Source: Prevotellaceae bacterium
GTDB taxonomy: Bacteria > Bacteroidota > Bacteroidia > Bacteroidales > UBA932
Assembly (NCBI GenBank): GCA_031277925.1
Contig: JAITLJ010000045.1
Coordinates: 1-48,539 of the forward strand
DNA length: 48,539 nt
Direction: 5' to 3'
Every line of letters begins with the position of its first letter. Position 1 is the stretch's first letter. The notes below the pieces were generated by a model that worked only from the letters and a program-made list of their open reading frames with translations, was not told where the DNA came from and searched no databases. Below, piece by piece: positions 46,309-48,539 of this stretch. The translations under genes and the position numbers were made by a program.

Positions 46309-48140
46309 TGAATTGTGTTTTTATTAAGCAAATTTGCATTAATAATTCGTTCTTCTTCGTATGGGCGCGTTATTTTTCCTGTAAGATATTTTTCGACAAT
46401 AAGGCTTGCTATTGGCGTAGCCCATGCAGCGCCAAATCCGGCATTTTCGACATAAACAACAACGGCAATTTTGGGATTTTCGCGAGGCGCAAAGCAGGCA
46501 AATGTAGAATGGTCGTCGCCAAGTGGATTTTGCGCCGTTCCGGTTTTTCCGCAAATATCAAGATCCTTAACATAAGCGCGTCCTGCTGTATTGCCAATTC
46601 CAAATCCGTTTACAGCCAGATACATTCCTTCTATTACTTTTTCATAGTTTGCGGTATCAACAAGCGTATATTGTTTTTGTTTATATTTGGCATCAATTCC
46701 TTTGCTTTCAATATCTTTTACAATATGCGGTATATAATAATGTCCTCGATTGGCTATGGTTGCCATAAAATTTGCTATTTGCAAAGGAGTACAGCCTATT
46801 TCGCCCTGACCGATTGCAAGTGATATTATTGATAATGATTTCCACCGGTTTTTTCCGTGCAGGTTATCATAGGTTTTGGCAGTCGGCATTTTTCCGTTCT
46901 TTTCTCCGTACAAATCACTGTCAAGTTTGCGTCCGAAACCGAACGACGAGCAATATTCTATCCATTTATCCAGTGATTCATAAATGGTTTCGTATTTGGG
47001 ATTGTCAATTATATTGCGAAAAGTATGGCAATAATATGCATTACACGACATCATTATTGATTGCGTCATATTTATGGGCGAAGGATGAGAATGACAACCA
47101 ACGCCTCTGCCTACATGATAACCCATTGAACATGAATAATAAGTGTCGGGCGTAAGAACATTTTCCTGTAATCCGATAAGCGCATTTGCAATTTTAAAAA
47201 CCGACCCGGGCGGATATGGCGACATTATTGCACGATTGAAAAGTGGTTTGTTTTTATCGTTTATTAATTTTCGGTAATTATTTACTCTGTTTTCTTCGTC
47301 GAGCAGGCTCGGGTCAAAACACGGGCTTGATATTAATGCAAGTATCTCGCCTGTTGACGGTTCTATGGCGACAATGCTGCCTGATTTGTTTTTCATTAGT
47401 TTTTCACCGTAATTTTGCAGAGCCGAATCTATCGTACAAATCAAATCCAAACCTGTAACTGCCATCGAATCTTCTGCGCCGTTCTTATAATGATCCTGTA
47501 TTCTGTTAAGAACATCACGAGTATAAATTGTTACGCCTTTTTGTCCGCGCAATTCGTTTTCGTAACGCGCTTCTATGCCGTTTTTGCCTGCAAAATCGCC
47601 TTGCTGATAGTAACTGTCGGCGCTTATATCGTTTTTGTCAACTTCTGTTATATATCCCAAAACATTGGCTGCCGATTGTGTTGTATATTTTCGGGCGGTA
47701 TAGGCTCGAGTATAAAATCCGGGAAATTTATACAACTTTTCCTGAAATTTTGTATATGCATCTATGCTGATATGTTTTACGACAGGTATTTGCTGATAAC
47801 TTGCTATGCCTCTGTTTTTATTTTTTTTTGATAATTCAACTAACGATTGTTTTATAGATGCTTCGGATACGTTCAAAATTTTACAAAGTTCCAAGGTATC
47901 AAAACTGCTTATTTCTCGTGGAATTACGGTTATGTCGTACATGGTTTGGTTTGACACTAAAACGTTTTTGTTTCTGTCGTAAATTAAACCTCGCGCCGGA
48001 TATTGTGTTTGATAATATAAGGCATTGCGTTTTGCTATTTGTTTGTATTCTTCATTTATGACTTGTATATAAAACAGTCGGGCTATAATAATTAAAACTA
48101 TCATACAAGCGACAAACAAAACAATCTTATTTTTATTCAT
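46305..48140 (-). CDS. mrdA: Penicillin-binding protein 2 (elongasome transpeptidase)
   Basis: An N-terminal TM anchor is present. The transpeptidase motifs are SVFK (SxxK), SCN (SxN) and KTGT. Confidence 0.9.
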   Translation of the reverse strand: MNKNKIVLFVACMIVLIIIARLFYIQVINEEYKQIAKRNALYYQTQYPARGLIYDRNKNVLVSNQTMYDITVIPREISSFDTLELCKILNVSEASIKQSLVELSKKNKNRGIASYQQIPVVKHISIDAYTKFQEKLYKFPGFYTRAYTARKYTTQSAANVLGYITEVDKNDISADSYYQQGDFAGKNGIEARYENELRGQKGVTIYTRDVLNRIQDHYKNGAEDSMAVTGLDLICTIDSALQNYGEKLMKNKSGSIVAIEPSTGEILALISSPCFDPSLLDEENRVNNYRKLINDKNKPLFNRAIMSPYPPGSVFKIANALIGLQENVLTPDTYYSCSMGYHVGRGVGCHSHPSPINMTQSIMMSCNAYYCHTFRNIIDNPKYETIYESLDKWIEYCSSFGFGRKLDSDLYGEKNGKMPTAKTYDNLHGKNRWKSLSIISLAIGQGEIGCTPLQIANFMATIANRGHYYIPHIVKDIESKGIDAKYKQKQYTLVDTANYEKVIEGMYLAVNGFGIGNTAGRAYVKDLDICGKTGTAQNPLGDDHSTFACFAPRENPKIAVVVYVENAGFGAAWATPIASLIVEKYLTGKITRPYEEERIINANLLNKNTIQ

Positions 48141-48279
48141 TATCAGTATTAATTAGAAACTGTTTAAATTTAATTGAAATTGTTAACAAACAAACTTTAA
48201 GCAGTTTGCTGCCTCGAATTTATTTTATAACTTTATGATTATAAATAATATAAATTATAAAAACAGAGAACAAAACAAA

Positions 48280-48539
48280 CTAACCAACCAAGATGATTGA
48301 AAAACAGCACAAAGTTATAGAAAATATTTTAGAGTTTTGAAAATTTAAAAGAAAACATTCATTATGCGTTACCAATTCCTCCACGCTTGCATCTTTATAC
48401 TTTCCAAGAATGTCTATCGCTACGCGCGTAGAATTGTCTATCTTTTTACCTGTGCGCTGTCCCTTGCTGTTTATTTTCGTAGCCTTGACGTTTAGCAAAT
48501 CTTCGGTTACTGAATTGCCGTTTTTTATCTGGCGGTCTA
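48280..48539 (-). CDS. Possible 3' end of an unidentified gene running off the window (frame uncertain)
   Basis: One frame is open from the window edge to 48280 (...KGQRTGKKIDNSTRVAIDILGKYKDASVEELVTH...). A second frame is open from the edge to 48446 and gives a basic tail (RPPDKKRQFSNRRFAKRQGYENKQQGTAHR). I cannot decide between them. Confidence 0.15.
   Translation of the reverse strand, partial: DRQIKNGNSVTEDLLNVKATKINSKGQRTGKKIDNSTRVAIDILGKYKDASVEELVTHNECFLLNFQNSKIFSITLCCFSIILVG

Noticed and set aside
1-48539. Whole-window search by eye for CRISPR arrays, large tandem repeats, IS elements, integrases, restriction enzymes and known defence genes
   Set aside because: I found no regularly spaced direct repeats and no transposase, integrase, reverse-transcriptase or nuclease motifs. 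The only repeats are the two MITE-like families already reported.

Overview
This is a low-GC Bacteroidota (Bacteroidales-like) chromosomal segment. The assignment rests on a SusC/SusD pair, repeated TTTG-N18/19-TAnnTTTG promoter boxes and the absence of Shine-Dalgarno signals. I support about 36 protein genes, most of them housekeeping: dusB, mtaB, pckA, slyD, a cold-shock gene, nagA, aroK, parC/parE and rodA/mrdA. There are 2 tRNAs (His-GUG, Pro-CGG) and a small xylan PUL (SusC, SusD, an IPT/TIG lipoprotein, and a GH10 split by two CBMs). A DUF58 / transglutaminase / MoxR module is followed by an orphan methyltransferase with permuted motif order. I saw no CRISPR array, transposase, integrase, reverse transcriptase or recognisable defence gene. 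Five items are most worth follow-up. (1) A compact five-gene type IV filament operon (24322-29523: pilin, short A24 peptidase, PilB/GspE ATPase, secretin, GspL-like protein) lacks a GspF/PilC platform protein and sits directly next to aroK. (2) A consensus promoter is followed by a ~178-nt rod-like hairpin with a T-run (10909-11192), a candidate structured ncRNA or palindromic element. It opens an AT-rich ORFan islet (about 10990-12440). (3) A ~210-245 bp MITE-like repeat occurs three times, always in 3'-end (convergent) intergenic spacers. (4) A 91-bp MITE-like repeat occurs twice, and one copy appears to split a small acidic ORF. (5) The orphan methyltransferase has reversed motif order. All functional calls come from reading motifs by eye; no database search was run.
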